Below, one piece after another: positions 37,750-48,179 of a stretch of 64,000 nucleotides of DNA. The position numbers and the translations under genes are program-made. The stretch is from a virus. The notes under the pieces are model-generated. The model saw only the letters and a list, made by a program, of their open reading frames with translations, did not search any database and was not told the origin of the DNA. The DNA lies in the IMG/VR virus record IMGVR_UViG_3300026488_000011, positions 64,001 through 128,000 of that record; one strand, given 5' to 3'. Each line of letters starts with the position of its first letter. Within the stretch, counting starts at the first letter, position 1.

Positions 37750-38964
37750 ATCACCGTTTGGCGCTTTGATAGTCATCATGTTTACACCGATGGTCTTATC
37801 TTCGATATTAGTTTTGAATTTAGTTATATAATAGAGTTGACTAGACCCCATTAACAAGCTAGGATTCCTGTTAAATATTACAGGGATTCCTTTATAAGGA
37901 GATTCTTCTATCAACTCGTTCAGAATTTCTTCTATTACTGGATAATGCTTGTTGACGGCTTCAAAAACTAGGTTAGAAGCTTCTTTATACGTGTATCCTC
38001 TTTTTAAGAGCTTATTTATAATATGCGGTCTAAATGCAGTAGGACCTATTATCCATGGTACATGCAACACATCATAATCTTCGCTGGTAGGGAGTGAGGT
38101 GATTACCGCTCTGAAGGTAAAATGACTACGAGTACCATAGATATGTTTTCTCACCATTCCTTTTTTACCGGATAGCTTTTCTTTACTATATTTGATAAAG
38201 AGCTTAGCTATCCCGGAGATTATTTTACCTACACCATTCTCTACCTTTTTACTGTAAGGATCCATGTTTGCTAACTTTACTGCTAATAGCGATATATCGA
38301 TAACGTCTCCTAACATAGTAGTGGTATAAGCATCCTTCCCTGTTACTTCCATTACAAATAGTCTCTTATTCACTAACGGTAAATAATCTACTAGGAGTTT
38401 ATCCCTATTCCTTTTCCATTCCTCTAGCAATCTCTTGGCTTTCTTATCCTTTTTATTGGATTTAAACACAGAATTATTAGCTATATAGAGCAATATTTTC
38501 TCTATGTTATTTATAACGTTTAGATACCCCCTACCTCCTATTATATTTTTGATAGAATGGAGATATGTAGGTATCTTAGGAGGATTATAAGAAGTATCTG
38601 CTAACCAGCGTAGCCCGTCTATTCTTTTACCTAATATAGATGTGAGTTGATTCCAGAAATGCGGATTTAGGAATTTTAAATCATCCCTGAACTTCTCTAT
38701 CCATAGTAGCGGCTTTATTATGTCAAAAGCTTTCACTACAGAAGTACCGCATTTAGGACATGTCTGACCGAGTCTCCATGCACCTTTGAAATACCCGCAC
38801 TCGCATTGTGGTATGATGGAAATTTCGTCCTCGTATTGAGTAAACAACAGCTTTTTCATTTTCTCAGGTTCGACGTCGGTTATTTTAAAGTTGTTGAGAA
38901 TTAACTTACGATCTGTTTCGTGGAAATATTGATTTAGATCATTATAGTCTTGTACTATTGGCAT
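37750..38964 (-). CDS. rpoC: Non-virion RNAP beta' subunit (phiKZ gp55-like), exon 1; predicted spliced product 481 aa
   Basis: Zn-binding motif CECG...CPKC, SGKKGMVRKHIYGTR, FRAVITS and FNRNPSL. Ends at APNGD, immediately before the expected FDGD. Confidence 0.9.
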
Positions 38965-38982
38965 TCTTCCTCCTTTTGTTTG

Positions 38983-39243
38983 TTACGTGTTATAATGGTC
39001 AATTTGTTCAAATGCGTCGATTAGGCCTAAATCGAGCATTTCGTTTATGATAAGTAATAATTCATCTGCGTATTGATTAATTACTAGACGATCCTTAATA
39101 AGACGTTCGTCTAAAGTAACTACTACGCAGACATCCCTTTTACAAGGTTTTACGAAAACGCATCTAGATAAGTTTTCGGTACGTTCCATGATAAATTCAT
39201 GGATTGTTTCTGGTTCTTCAATTGTGAACAATAGGTACCGCAT
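38983..39243 (-). CDS. Early hypothetical protein
   Basis: 86 aa; SD present; TATATTAT motif at 39290-39305. Confidence 0.55.
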   Translation of the reverse strand: MRYLLFTIEEPETIHEFIMERTENLSRCVFVKPCKRDVCVVVTLDERLIKDRLVINQYADELLLIINEMLDLGLIDAFEQIDHYNT

Positions 39244-39342
39244 GCAACTCCTTCAGTGTTTTAAAATTTTAAGTTATTCAGGTCGATGACCAAATTAATA
39301 ATATAAAAATAAAAAAATGTGTGATACGACATAGAGGTGTAA

Positions 39343-39801
39343 CTACACCTCTATGTGATTTAATCTAATTGAGACCTTTGCTCTTAGCTTAGATATCTTG
39401 CCTTGATATACTCTTACAATTTCTTCGTCCTCGAAGATGATGTACTCATCGACAACTTCGCATTCGTCTTGATCCAATATAGATAAGACTGCGTCTCTCT
39501 CGCTACCAAGACGCACACCATATACATCTACTTCGATAGCAATGGAGTAGCTGTATAGTGCGTTGTGTAGTTTATCTATTATTCTATCAGGATGCATGCA
39601 TCCTGGCTGGTAATTAACGTAAACTGTGATTTCAACCGCTAATAAATTATTATTTTCATCAACGACCTCTACTTCTTCTATCTTAACCTCCATAGGACTA
39701 ATCTCATTTTCTAGATATTCTTTTAATCCATCTATATCTAGGTTTTTATTGGTTTTGAATTCTAAAGCTCTGAACCAAAGTTGTGGATTATGCGTATTCA
39801 T
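39343..39801 (-). CDS. Acidic hypothetical protein
   Basis: 152 aa; SD AAGGAG. Confidence 0.6.
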   Translation of the reverse strand: MNTHNPQLWFRALEFKTNKNLDIDGLKEYLENEISPMEVKIEEVEVVDENNNLLAVEITVYVNYQPGCMHPDRIIDKLHNALYSYSIAIEVDVYGVRLGSERDAVLSILDQDECEVVDEYIIFEDEEIVRVYQGKISKLRAKVSIRLNHIEV

Positions 39802-40312
39802 TTATTCTCCTTTTGTTATTTGGGTTACTGGATACTTCTTCCTTATAGTCTTCATTAAACTGATCCTTGGTTTCTTTACCTTCATCTGTGTCTACAACTT
39901 TGTCTTGTTTCATTAGGACATCAACATACTCACTTCTTAAGTCTGATAATTCCTGACTATCTTGACCGTTGTTATCTTCCAGCATTTTCCTCATCTGACT
40001 TAGCATTGTTAGTTTATGATCTAGTTCTGAGGAATCCTCATCCAGTTTAAATAATGCTGCTTTTGTTGCCGCGATGTCTAGGACCTCATTTATTAAATCT
40101 AGAGCTAGTTTATTTTTCACTTCTAGCTCTTTGATTTTGATTTTCAGCTCGCGATTCTCTTTTATGTTATTTTCAATTTCATTCGTCATATTCCAGAAGT
40201 CATCTATCAATTTACTTCTGTCTCGCTTGCAGGTATCTAATTCTTGTTCTAACCTTTCTATTAACGCATTAGCTTTGTCTACTAATGATTCTAACCACGC
40301 TACTCTATCCAT
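39788..40312 (-). CDS. Early coiled-coil protein
   Basis: 174 aa with a heptad pattern; TATATAAC motif at about 40341-40358. Confidence 0.6.
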   Translation of the reverse strand: MDRVAWLESLVDKANALIERLEQELDTCKRDRSKLIDDFWNMTNEIENNIKENRELKIKIKELEVKNKLALDLINEVLDIAATKAALFKLDEDSSELDHKLTMLSQMRKMLEDNNGQDSQELSDLRSEYVDVLMKQDKVVDTDEGKETKDQFNEDYKEEVSSNPNNKRRINEYA

Positions 40313-40372
40313 TTTACTCTCCTTTTTATTTAATGTTCGCTCCTATTAGTTATATATAAGTAAAAAAAATAG

Positions 40373-40402
40373 ATACTATCAGGATCTAGATCCTGATAGT
40401 AT
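40373..40402. terminator. Palindromic terminator
   Basis: Perfect 30-bp palindrome ATACTATCAGGATCTAGATCCTGATAGTAT. Confidence 0.8.
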
Positions 40403-41910
40403 TATAAAACTTCTATTTGTGTCATCAAAAAGTCTCCTAGGAGTTCCACTGTGGCGTAAAACGCAGCTTCACTTGGTGTAATGTTTTCACCCAGCATTTT
40501 TGTAGCATCATAACTAACAAATTTAGGATACATTGTGTTGGCTGTAAGTGTTAACATAATCTCTTTAGATGTATTTACTACATCCATCAAATCAGCTATT
40601 TGTTTATTTTCTACAATTTCAGTCACTACTTCTTTCACTATTTTTTCTCTAATATCTTCGTTCGGATAAATCTCTGACATTGCTTTACTATTCGCTAATA
40701 CACTTCTGCTTAGTATATAAATGCTCATCAGTGAGTTTCTTTCTCTCTCTTTATTTTTAACAATTAATAGTCTACCGTATTTGTTAAATATTGCTTTAAA
40801 CTCATCCTTCTTGCTTAATAAATCTTCAGCTTTTAACAATACAGATAATCGTTTTGTATCAATAGGACTTTGAGATAATTCAGATAGAGCTATTCCGTAC
40901 AATACACTATTATCGACCTTAGTTCCGTCTTCGTTTACTTTAGATAATACTGGCAATACTACAGCCACTGCGTAACCGTCCTCGCTTCTATATACATACG
41001 GTACCAGAATATTATTATTAATCATTGTTAGTAAATGTCCGTAGAGACGATTGAATCTTTTAATAGCTGCATTCATAATAGCTTCAGCCGCAGCTGCTTG
41101 TTCGGGTAAGTTAGATTTTCTTGCGTTAATGTAGATATTTCTAAGTGCAAGAATTAATAAAGCTAACATATCTAAATCAGATGCATCGGCATTATTAATC
41201 TCTTTCAATATCTCTTTAGCATCACTAGTAGATAATAAAGAATAAATGTGGTTTACCAACTCATAACTTTTAGGTATTTCGTTTAATCTATTTTTTAAAG
41301 CATTTTCTATCTCTAACTCATCCTGTTTCTCTATGCTATCGCTAAGAGACATTACGCTGTCAAACGCAAGAGGTATTCCTAATGCATCCTCTATCCTAGC
41401 ATTTGTCTCAGTGAGATAACCTCTTTCTTTTAACAACTGATATAAATAACTGTCGTCTAAGTAGAATATTTCAAAATCACTTTCAGGATCAGATGCTTCT
41501 AAGTTGCTAATACCAGCATTTACTCTCTCTACATATCTACTTAGGTCACTGTTTAATCTTCTAAAGAAGATTAGCTCTTTATAAGTTTTGTCACTAAGTC
41601 TTTTTATAATTTCATCATCTGTTAAATCAGATATTCTAGGGGTAAAGTTATTTTCGTCTATAGTATTAAAGTTTACATAATTAAGTAAACCACCTAATAC
41701 AGGTACCAATCTACCCTTACAACCAGGTTTACCACATGCTTCTTGTAACAACTGTTTCACTTTGTTTTCAACTACTACGTCTATTAGATCTTTTATGGTC
41801 TCATCAGGTAACTTAGACATGTTTTCAAATATGTCTTTTTTAAGTAAATCTTTTAACGTAAACCACTCTATCTCTTTAAGAGCAGTCTTAATTTTTCTGT
41901 TATCATACAT
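40402..41910 (-). CDS. Putative virion structural protein in the vRNAP cluster
   Basis: 502 aa, helical; follows the gp178-like gene on the same strand. Confidence 0.5.
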   Translation of the reverse strand: MYDNRKIKTALKEIEWFTLKDLLKKDIFENMSKLPDETIKDLIDVVVENKVKQLLQEACGKPGCKGRLVPVLGGLLNYVNFNTIDENNFTPRISDLTDDEIIKRLSDKTYKELIFFRRLNSDLSRYVERVNAGISNLEASDPESDFEIFYLDDSYLYQLLKERGYLTETNARIEDALGIPLAFDSVMSLSDSIEKQDELEIENALKNRLNEIPKSYELVNHIYSLLSTSDAKEILKEINNADASDLDMLALLILALRNIYINARKSNLPEQAAAAEAIMNAAIKRFNRLYGHLLTMINNNILVPYVYRSEDGYAVAVVLPVLSKVNEDGTKVDNSVLYGIALSELSQSPIDTKRLSVLLKAEDLLSKKDEFKAIFNKYGRLLIVKNKERERNSLMSIYILSRSVLANSKAMSEIYPNEDIREKIVKEVVTEIVENKQIADLMDVVNTSKEIMLTLTANTMYPKFVSYDATKMLGENITPSEAAFYATVELLGDFLMTQIEVL

Positions 41911-41984
41911 CTTATTTCTCCTTAATATCTGTTGTTATTTAATCAAACAAAAGAAATCTATGACGGAATATATTCCGTCATAGA

Positions 41985-44900
41985 TCATTTACTAAAATAC
42001 ATCTCAGCAACTTTTTTACTTAGATGCTCCAGTAGGCCAGCAGTGGTACCCATTAGACTAGGACTGTTTACTATCCTAGCATATATAGCTCTAGCACTAA
42101 ACAATACCTCTATCTCTTCACCGTTTTCTCCTACAATAGGATAACTGAATATATCTCCTACTGTGGTTTTTAACTGGTTAGCTATAATTGCTTTATCACC
42201 AGTACCCATATTCGATTCCACTAAGATATAGAACTTAATTTCTACCTTACCTTCATCCAGTGGCTTACCTTCTATAGAATAACTGCTATCTACTCTACCT
42301 GTGAATTTCCTATTAGTCTTAGGATCTATTAAATTCTTCTCTGTTTCTTCTACTAATTTTCTAATAGATTCAGACAGTTGTTCTTTTTCACAATTATAGA
42401 ACACCTGTATCTTAATTATCTTACCTTTTATCTTAGCTTTAGGTGTAGTCTTAACAAAACCTTGTAAAATGTCCAGAGCCTCTTCTGTAAGTTTACCATC
42501 GTCCATTATTCCAGTATTAATCATTAATAACGCTGTAGATGGCTCTACGCTATCTCCTACATTTAATACGTTTACTATTTCTTCAGTAGCATCCAGGACT
42601 ATGCTTCTGGATTTCACATATTGTATTTTAGCCTTATTTGCTAACTTGCTGCTTATAGCACAACTATCCTCATACGTTTCATTAAGCTCCATTAAAGCTG
42701 TTCTCACTGTTAAGTATGGCTTATAAGTTACCTTAGTAGGATCGAAGATATCTGGTTCGAAGAAACTACTATCGTAATAAATTACATCTCCTTCTTTTAC
42801 CTTTTGATCTTTAACCACATTAGGTTTTAAAACATGTAAGTAACTAGTATTGGATTCTTCTTTACTAGTCCAATTCGAATAAACAAAAGTTTCTTTTTTA
42901 CCGCTTTTGTATTCTACCACTATTTTATTCCTACTTACTTGTTTTACTATACCATCTTTTTTAGCGAATCCTATAAACTTTTTATCTAACCTGTAAGGAA
43001 GTACTGAATCATACCCTGTTCTAACTGGATATACAGATCCGTTTATTAATGGAAGTACATGTGAATTTTGTACGTTAATAAAGTTAAGTCTCTTTGAATC
43101 ATCGGTAGTGCTAAACGGTGCTAGAAGAGCACTGGTACTTAATACATTAGCAAAATCTATTTCCTTTAACTCACCTTTCATTCCTCTTAGGTTTTTAATC
43201 ACAGGATTCGCTGATAGATACGCTGAAATACCTACGTCACCTGAGTCCTTATGTCCTTCAGATATCACTCCTATATCATCAGGATGTAATTCTCTAGTAC
43301 CCTTACTCATGGATTCTTTTTTTCTACCTTGGAATCCTATATAGGTAACGTCTTCTCTCTCTTTTAAGTAGATTAGAGGATTTGTATCGTCTAATAAAAT
43401 ACTAGCACTATCTTCGTTTAAGAGTCTCCAGACAATATATGGATCTAAGTTCAATCTACTCCTACCAAAGAACTCTTCATTCTTTTTCTGTCTTATCGCT
43501 TCTACCATTTTGGAATACACCATCTGAGGTACTTTCTCATAGCCTCTAATCACATACCCCTTCATGCTTTGTGGATGTAGATAGAAATCATTTACTAACA
43601 TCTCATTAGCCCTCAGTAAGAGTCCTGTAAACGTAGTAGGTTCTTTCATTTGTTTCAATACGTTGGCAGTTACTGGATCGACATAGAGATCATCTAACAA
43701 TTGTATCTCTGTAATACTGTTTAAAGGTAAGCCTATGTCTTTAAAAAACGCTAACATCATTTCGCGACTGTTAAAAGTGTCTAGCGGTAGATCTTTTGTT
43801 ATCTTAGGAAAGTGATTCAAACCTTCAAACAACATGATGTGTTCTGGTTTATCCCAATACACTACCAATGTCTCAAACTTAGTTTTAAATACGGTAGCAT
43901 TCTCCGGTTTTAGATTTTTTCTACCCTCCAGAATATCATATTTTACTCCTAGCATCTTTAGTAAGTTTTCTAAGCCTAGATAATAAGACAACATAAACAC
44001 TGTCGGAATATAGTTTTTATAAATTTTAACTAAACTATACTCATTCACGAGTTTAGTTTTGTCTATCGGGACTATGTTGTAGAAGTTATCTAACTTCTTC
44101 ATAGTCTTATCATAGACATATAAGTCATTACTCTGATTTATGAATAGAGGTTTATCATTTCTACTACCACATAAAACATACTTACCGTTTTCTTCTAATT
44201 TTTCTAATTCGATACCTAATTTGTCTGCGAATAAGTCCCTATTAGGATAATCAAAATCAAACAACATATCCTTATACACGTATGATTTAATAAATCTCAT
44301 ATGCAGAGAATAGACTTCTGGTAGTATGACATCAGGTACGTGTACTTCTCCTAACACTAAGTTTTTTATCTTACCAGATTCTTGTAACTTTAATAATTGC
44401 TTTTTTAGACTATATCCTGCGTTTAATTTCATGTATGGGGCTTTATCTATAAACAGTTTGCCATATGCACTACTTAATGCTACTCTATTATAAGCGATCT
44501 TTTTTATTGGCAAGTCGGATCTTTGTTTTCTAAGCACATAACCGTTACCGGACATTTTATACTGTCCGTCTTCATCTATCTTAGGAATTTTAAACTTTAC
44601 CTTATGAGTACCTTTGTTTATATCCGTGAATACAATCTCATATTCTTCATAATCTCCTAAGATGTTTCCGTTTTCTACTCTATTAAGTTCTTTTATTACC
44701 ATCCCTCCTCTCTGAAGAGAGAATATTGTACGAGCTATATCTTTCTTAAGTACCTCTCTTATGTACTTTCTGTCGAAAGCTCCTATTGTATCCTCCAATG
44801 CTTTTTTATCAGGCATTATCTTTACATCAGGTAGTTTTTTATCTTTTTCAGTTATTTCTACTTCTTTATCAGATATAGTTAAGTAATCTTTTAACGGTTT

Positions 44901-46199
44901 TCCATCTCCGAATACATCTGATTCCAACACTTCCTCGATACTTCTCAATAACTTAGTTTTCTTTTTCTCTACTCCGTTGATTTCGGTCAAATGCTCAATT
45001 GTTCTTATTGTATCTTTTACTACATCATCATCAGACTTTATTATTTCCTCAATGTCGTTATATTTTGGTTTAGTCTTACTTAATCCGGTTATCTCATCTT
45101 CTTCTGGTTCCATTTTTATAATGTCTTCTATGTCTATTGTATCATCTTCTGTTTCTACTACTTGCTCATCTATTTCGTCTACTACTATGCTGGTGTTTGA
45201 ATCTATTACACCTTTCTTCTTTGTTTTACTAATAGGTAAAATATCTTCAACTGTTTCTTTGTATGTACCTTTTTCTATTTCGTTTTCCTTAAATCCAGGA
45301 AGTAAGTATTCACTATGCAATGTAAAATGTAATAACTTAAAAAGTTTATCGGGATCGTATTTAGTACTATTCTCTAATGTATCATAATCTTTATCGAACT
45401 TTAATAGCTCTGCTAGGTTAACCACTAATCCTTTCTCGTCTAGAACAAAAACAAAGTTTATCTTAGATAGATCCTTCAGCTTTTCTACTTTCTGTAAAGG
45501 TGTCTTTTCTTTTAATTCTTTATATAGGACTCTGAATGTATCCAATAAAGACAATCTTTTAAAATCGAAAAACGTCTTTATAAGCTGTAGATCATACTCA
45601 GTTTTATCTAAATATTTTTTTATCAGTTGTCTACCATAGAAGACTTCTGGTAACTCTAAGATAACGAAATGATGTGGTCCTAATCCTGTACCAAAATCAA
45701 TTCTATTAAGTTTTAGAATTCTGTCTATAATAGTCCTGCTAGTCACTCTGTATTTTTCATACTCATGTTTAGGATGGTTTTTCCATCTGTATATGGTGTC
45801 CAAAACTGAGTAGTTTATTATTAAATCCCTATCTTTTAATATCTTAGGATTCTTCTCTAAAGCATTATAGACTTTCTTACTTAACTCAGTCTTAAAGTCT
45901 GGATAGTCCTTATTGAACTTACTGGCGAAACTAGATTCGTTAATTACTGACTTAGTCACCTTTTCAGGTTTATCGGAATATTCCAATACATTAACCACGA
46001 TACCCTTACTTATGTTTCTGAAATAAGGTAAAGTCCTGTTAGGATACAAAGTGTTGTTTTCTTTATAGAAATGAAGTATTGTTCCCTGAGGAAATACTAT
46101 ATCGCTTAAATTCAAAACTTTAGGATATATAAAATCATTAGCCTTTCTCAATCCTAGTTTTTTGTACCATAATCTATATTTTTTTTTCCTAGTACTCAT
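41985..46199 (-). CDS. rpoB: Virion RNA polymerase beta subunit (phiKZ gp178-like)
   Basis: 1404 aa. C-terminal beta motifs HPDDIGVISE, DSGDVG, YEDSCAIS and GDKAIIANQLKT; long phiKZ-type N-terminal region. Confidence 0.9.
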   Translation of the reverse strand: MSTRKKKYRLWYKKLGLRKANDFIYPKVLNLSDIVFPQGTILHFYKENNTLYPNRTLPYFRNISKGIVVNVLEYSDKPEKVTKSVINESSFASKFNKDYPDFKTELSKKVYNALEKNPKILKDRDLIINYSVLDTIYRWKNHPKHEYEKYRVTSRTIIDRILKLNRIDFGTGLGPHHFVILELPEVFYGRQLIKKYLDKTEYDLQLIKTFFDFKRLSLLDTFRVLYKELKEKTPLQKVEKLKDLSKINFVFVLDEKGLVVNLAELLKFDKDYDTLENSTKYDPDKLFKLLHFTLHSEYLLPGFKENEIEKGTYKETVEDILPISKTKKKGVIDSNTSIVVDEIDEQVVETEDDTIDIEDIIKMEPEEDEITGLSKTKPKYNDIEEIIKSDDDVVKDTIRTIEHLTEINGVEKKKTKLLRSIEEVLESDVFGDGKPLKDYLTISDKEVEITEKDKKLPDVKIMPDKKALEDTIGAFDRKYIREVLKKDIARTIFSLQRGGMVIKELNRVENGNILGDYEEYEIVFTDINKGTHKVKFKIPKIDEDGQYKMSGNGYVLRKQRSDLPIKKIAYNRVALSSAYGKLFIDKAPYMKLNAGYSLKKQLLKLQESGKIKNLVLGEVHVPDVILPEVYSLHMRFIKSYVYKDMLFDFDYPNRDLFADKLGIELEKLEENGKYVLCGSRNDKPLFINQSNDLYVYDKTMKKLDNFYNIVPIDKTKLVNEYSLVKIYKNYIPTVFMLSYYLGLENLLKMLGVKYDILEGRKNLKPENATVFKTKFETLVVYWDKPEHIMLFEGLNHFPKITKDLPLDTFNSREMMLAFFKDIGLPLNSITEIQLLDDLYVDPVTANVLKQMKEPTTFTGLLLRANEMLVNDFYLHPQSMKGYVIRGYEKVPQMVYSKMVEAIRQKKNEEFFGRSRLNLDPYIVWRLLNEDSASILLDDTNPLIYLKEREDVTYIGFQGRKKESMSKGTRELHPDDIGVISEGHKDSGDVGISAYLSANPVIKNLRGMKGELKEIDFANVLSTSALLAPFSTTDDSKRLNFINVQNSHVLPLINGSVYPVRTGYDSVLPYRLDKKFIGFAKKDGIVKQVSRNKIVVEYKSGKKETFVYSNWTSKEESNTSYLHVLKPNVVKDQKVKEGDVIYYDSSFFEPDIFDPTKVTYKPYLTVRTALMELNETYEDSCAISSKLANKAKIQYVKSRSIVLDATEEIVNVLNVGDSVEPSTALLMINTGIMDDGKLTEEALDILQGFVKTTPKAKIKGKIIKIQVFYNCEKEQLSESIRKLVEETEKNLIDPKTNRKFTGRVDSSYSIEGKPLDEGKVEIKFYILVESNMGTGDKAIIANQLKTTVGDIFSYPIVGENGEEIEVLFSARAIYARIVNSPSLMGTTAGLLEHLSKKVAEMYFSK

Positions 46200-46277
46200 G
46201 CTTTACTCCTTAATACGTTAATTTCAATTCAACGACCTATTAAAAAAGAAAACTAATCACAGAGTAGATAACTACAT

Positions 46278-47903
46278 CTACTCTGTAAACATCTTTAATG
46301 CTAAATCGGAAATATCGTTACTATTGGAATAAACTAATTTTCCAGTTGGGTCTAGGTAAAATTTAGTACTATTAAGAAACTCCATTAACTCTTTCCTGGA
46401 TTCATCTTCATATACGATTGTAGCCGACATTTTATCACCATCAAAGTCAGCTCCTAGTCTCCCTAGGAAAGCTACGTTAGGGGAAAGAGACAAGAAAGGT
46501 TTACTATCAAATCTAGGATACTCGTAAAGTTTAATAGGTTGTGGTTGATGCAATCCTTTATAGAGGACTTCTCTACCTTCTATAGTAGTTTTTAGATAAA
46601 ACTTGGTAGGATATACCGAACCCAATCCTGTAATAGGATATCTTGTTACGAAACCTGGGTAATTATCAGCAATATCAAAAATGCTAAGATATACTAACTC
46701 CATATATGTCATAGGTCTAATATACTTCTTATCATAACCTACAGGCATTAATCTAACATCGTCAATTATCTCTACTACATTTCCATCGTCATAAACCAGG
46801 AACATATACTTACCGTCTACTACAATAGGAGCCTTTTGTATATCTTCCTGTATTAATTTGTTAATGGATTTCTCTAACCCATCGTCTGTTACCCATTGGG
46901 ATCTAGTCTTGTTACTGACCTCCACTAATTCTTTTTCAAACGTCTTAGGATTATAGAGATATGCGTTATTGCTCTCTGGATCAAATACGTTGTTCAGAAA
47001 TTTAGTTCTTATGTGGTAAATAGCTATAGGAGTAATACCTTTAGTAAACTGATATAACCCTATTACTGTTTGATCAAATCTGGGTCTATTAGGCTGGTGA
47101 TTGACTTTAATCTTTATAGGTATAGCTGTAATTACGTTTCTGGTACCGTACATTACTGTACGCTTTACCCACTTGCCTTGTATAAATCCTTCTTTACCGG
47201 ATAGTATATTTTCTATATACTCGTAAATCTCTGTTACTTTCTTTTCTAGTCTGGCTTTAATAGGATCTATGAATTTAGAACCTAATGCTTCCGAACCAAA
47301 TTTCTTCGCTGTGTTGGAGATAGTTAATAAATCTCTATATAGATTATTTATTTCATCTTCCAATACCTTTCCATTAGGGAGGACTTGTCTGTCCCTCATA
47401 CCTGCTGGTAATACTAACCATTTATCTACTAATACATCTTTTGCTTTATACTTCTTGATAAATTCAATTCTTTTCTTTCTTATTTCTGAATTAGTTTCTC
47501 TAAATTTTATCTCGTCAAAATGTTTTATAAAAAAAGAAAAACCTGTTTCTCCATCTGCCTTTGTAGCTGGTTTAAAATTCTTCTCTTCATCATCCCAGAT
47601 AGCATATTTAGTACCCTCTATAATTCCCTTATACAAGCTCTCTAATTTACATAAATGTCTGTAAACCAATGGATGTATTATATCCGTACCTAAAGAGATA
47701 TATCCAAATCTTTCTAGTCTTTCTTTGGATCCTACTGGTCCAAATATCTCAGTAGAGAATAAACCATCCTTATGGAAGACAGTAGAGTTTTGCTCATATA
47801 CGTCTTTAGTTTTTACTTCTCCTAACCTTTTTACTATATCGGTAGTCAGGATTAAAATTTCTATATTAAATGGTATTTTTGGTCTAAATACGTTTTCAGA
47901 CAT
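46278..47903 (-). CDS. rpoC: Virion RNA polymerase beta' N-terminal subunit (phiKZ gp180-like)
   Basis: 541 aa; DGLFSTEIFG, VTRYP and the intact catalytic motif LGADFDGDKM. Confidence 0.92.
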   Translation of the reverse strand: MSENVFRPKIPFNIEILILTTDIVKRLGEVKTKDVYEQNSTVFHKDGLFSTEIFGPVGSKERLERFGYISLGTDIIHPLVYRHLCKLESLYKGIIEGTKYAIWDDEEKNFKPATKADGETGFSFFIKHFDEIKFRETNSEIRKKRIEFIKKYKAKDVLVDKWLVLPAGMRDRQVLPNGKVLEDEINNLYRDLLTISNTAKKFGSEALGSKFIDPIKARLEKKVTEIYEYIENILSGKEGFIQGKWVKRTVMYGTRNVITAIPIKIKVNHQPNRPRFDQTVIGLYQFTKGITPIAIYHIRTKFLNNVFDPESNNAYLYNPKTFEKELVEVSNKTRSQWVTDDGLEKSINKLIQEDIQKAPIVVDGKYMFLVYDDGNVVEIIDDVRLMPVGYDKKYIRPMTYMELVYLSIFDIADNYPGFVTRYPITGLGSVYPTKFYLKTTIEGREVLYKGLHQPQPIKLYEYPRFDSKPFLSLSPNVAFLGRLGADFDGDKMSATIVYEDESRKELMEFLNSTKFYLDPTGKLVYSNSNDISDLALKMFTE

Positions 47904-47972
47904 TGTTTCTCCTTTATGTCATTTGCTCACTAGAACATAATGGAATCTAGATAAAAAAAGAAATAATTCTGT

Positions 47973-48179
47973 CTAGGAATTGTTTCCTAGACATACAGTT
48001 TTAATTTCTTTGCATACAGATTTAAGCTCATCTAGGTCTACGTTTAATTCCTCAGATGCTCTTCTAATATTACCAAATACAACACCTTGTGCTTTTACAG
48101 CGCAGTTGTCTGTTACTGGATTATAGACCAGTAATAATTTTATCCCTGATAGTTCTGTATATCTCATACATCTAGACAT
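47973..48179 (-). CDS. Small protein with a NUMOD1/IENR1-like HTH module
   Basis: 68 aa; GVVFGNIRRASEELNVD; SD AAGGAG. Confidence 0.45.
   Translation of the reverse strand: MSRCMRYTELSGIKLLLVYNPVTDNCAVKAQGVVFGNIRRASEELNVDLDELKSVCKEIKTVCLGNNS

Noticed and set aside
37815-37835. TATATAACTAAAT promoter-like motif inside exon 1 (possible endonuclease promoter)
   Set aside because: It is AT-rich coding sequence (YYITKF) and the match is imperfect; it cannot be told from chance without TSS data.
35325-38964. Alternative explanations for the split RNAP gene (intein, frameshift, stop readthrough, two separate genes)
   Set aside because: The intervening DNA has group I P/Q/R/S elements, IGS pairings and terminal Gs, and shows no intein motifs. 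Only the double-splice model restores DFDGD.
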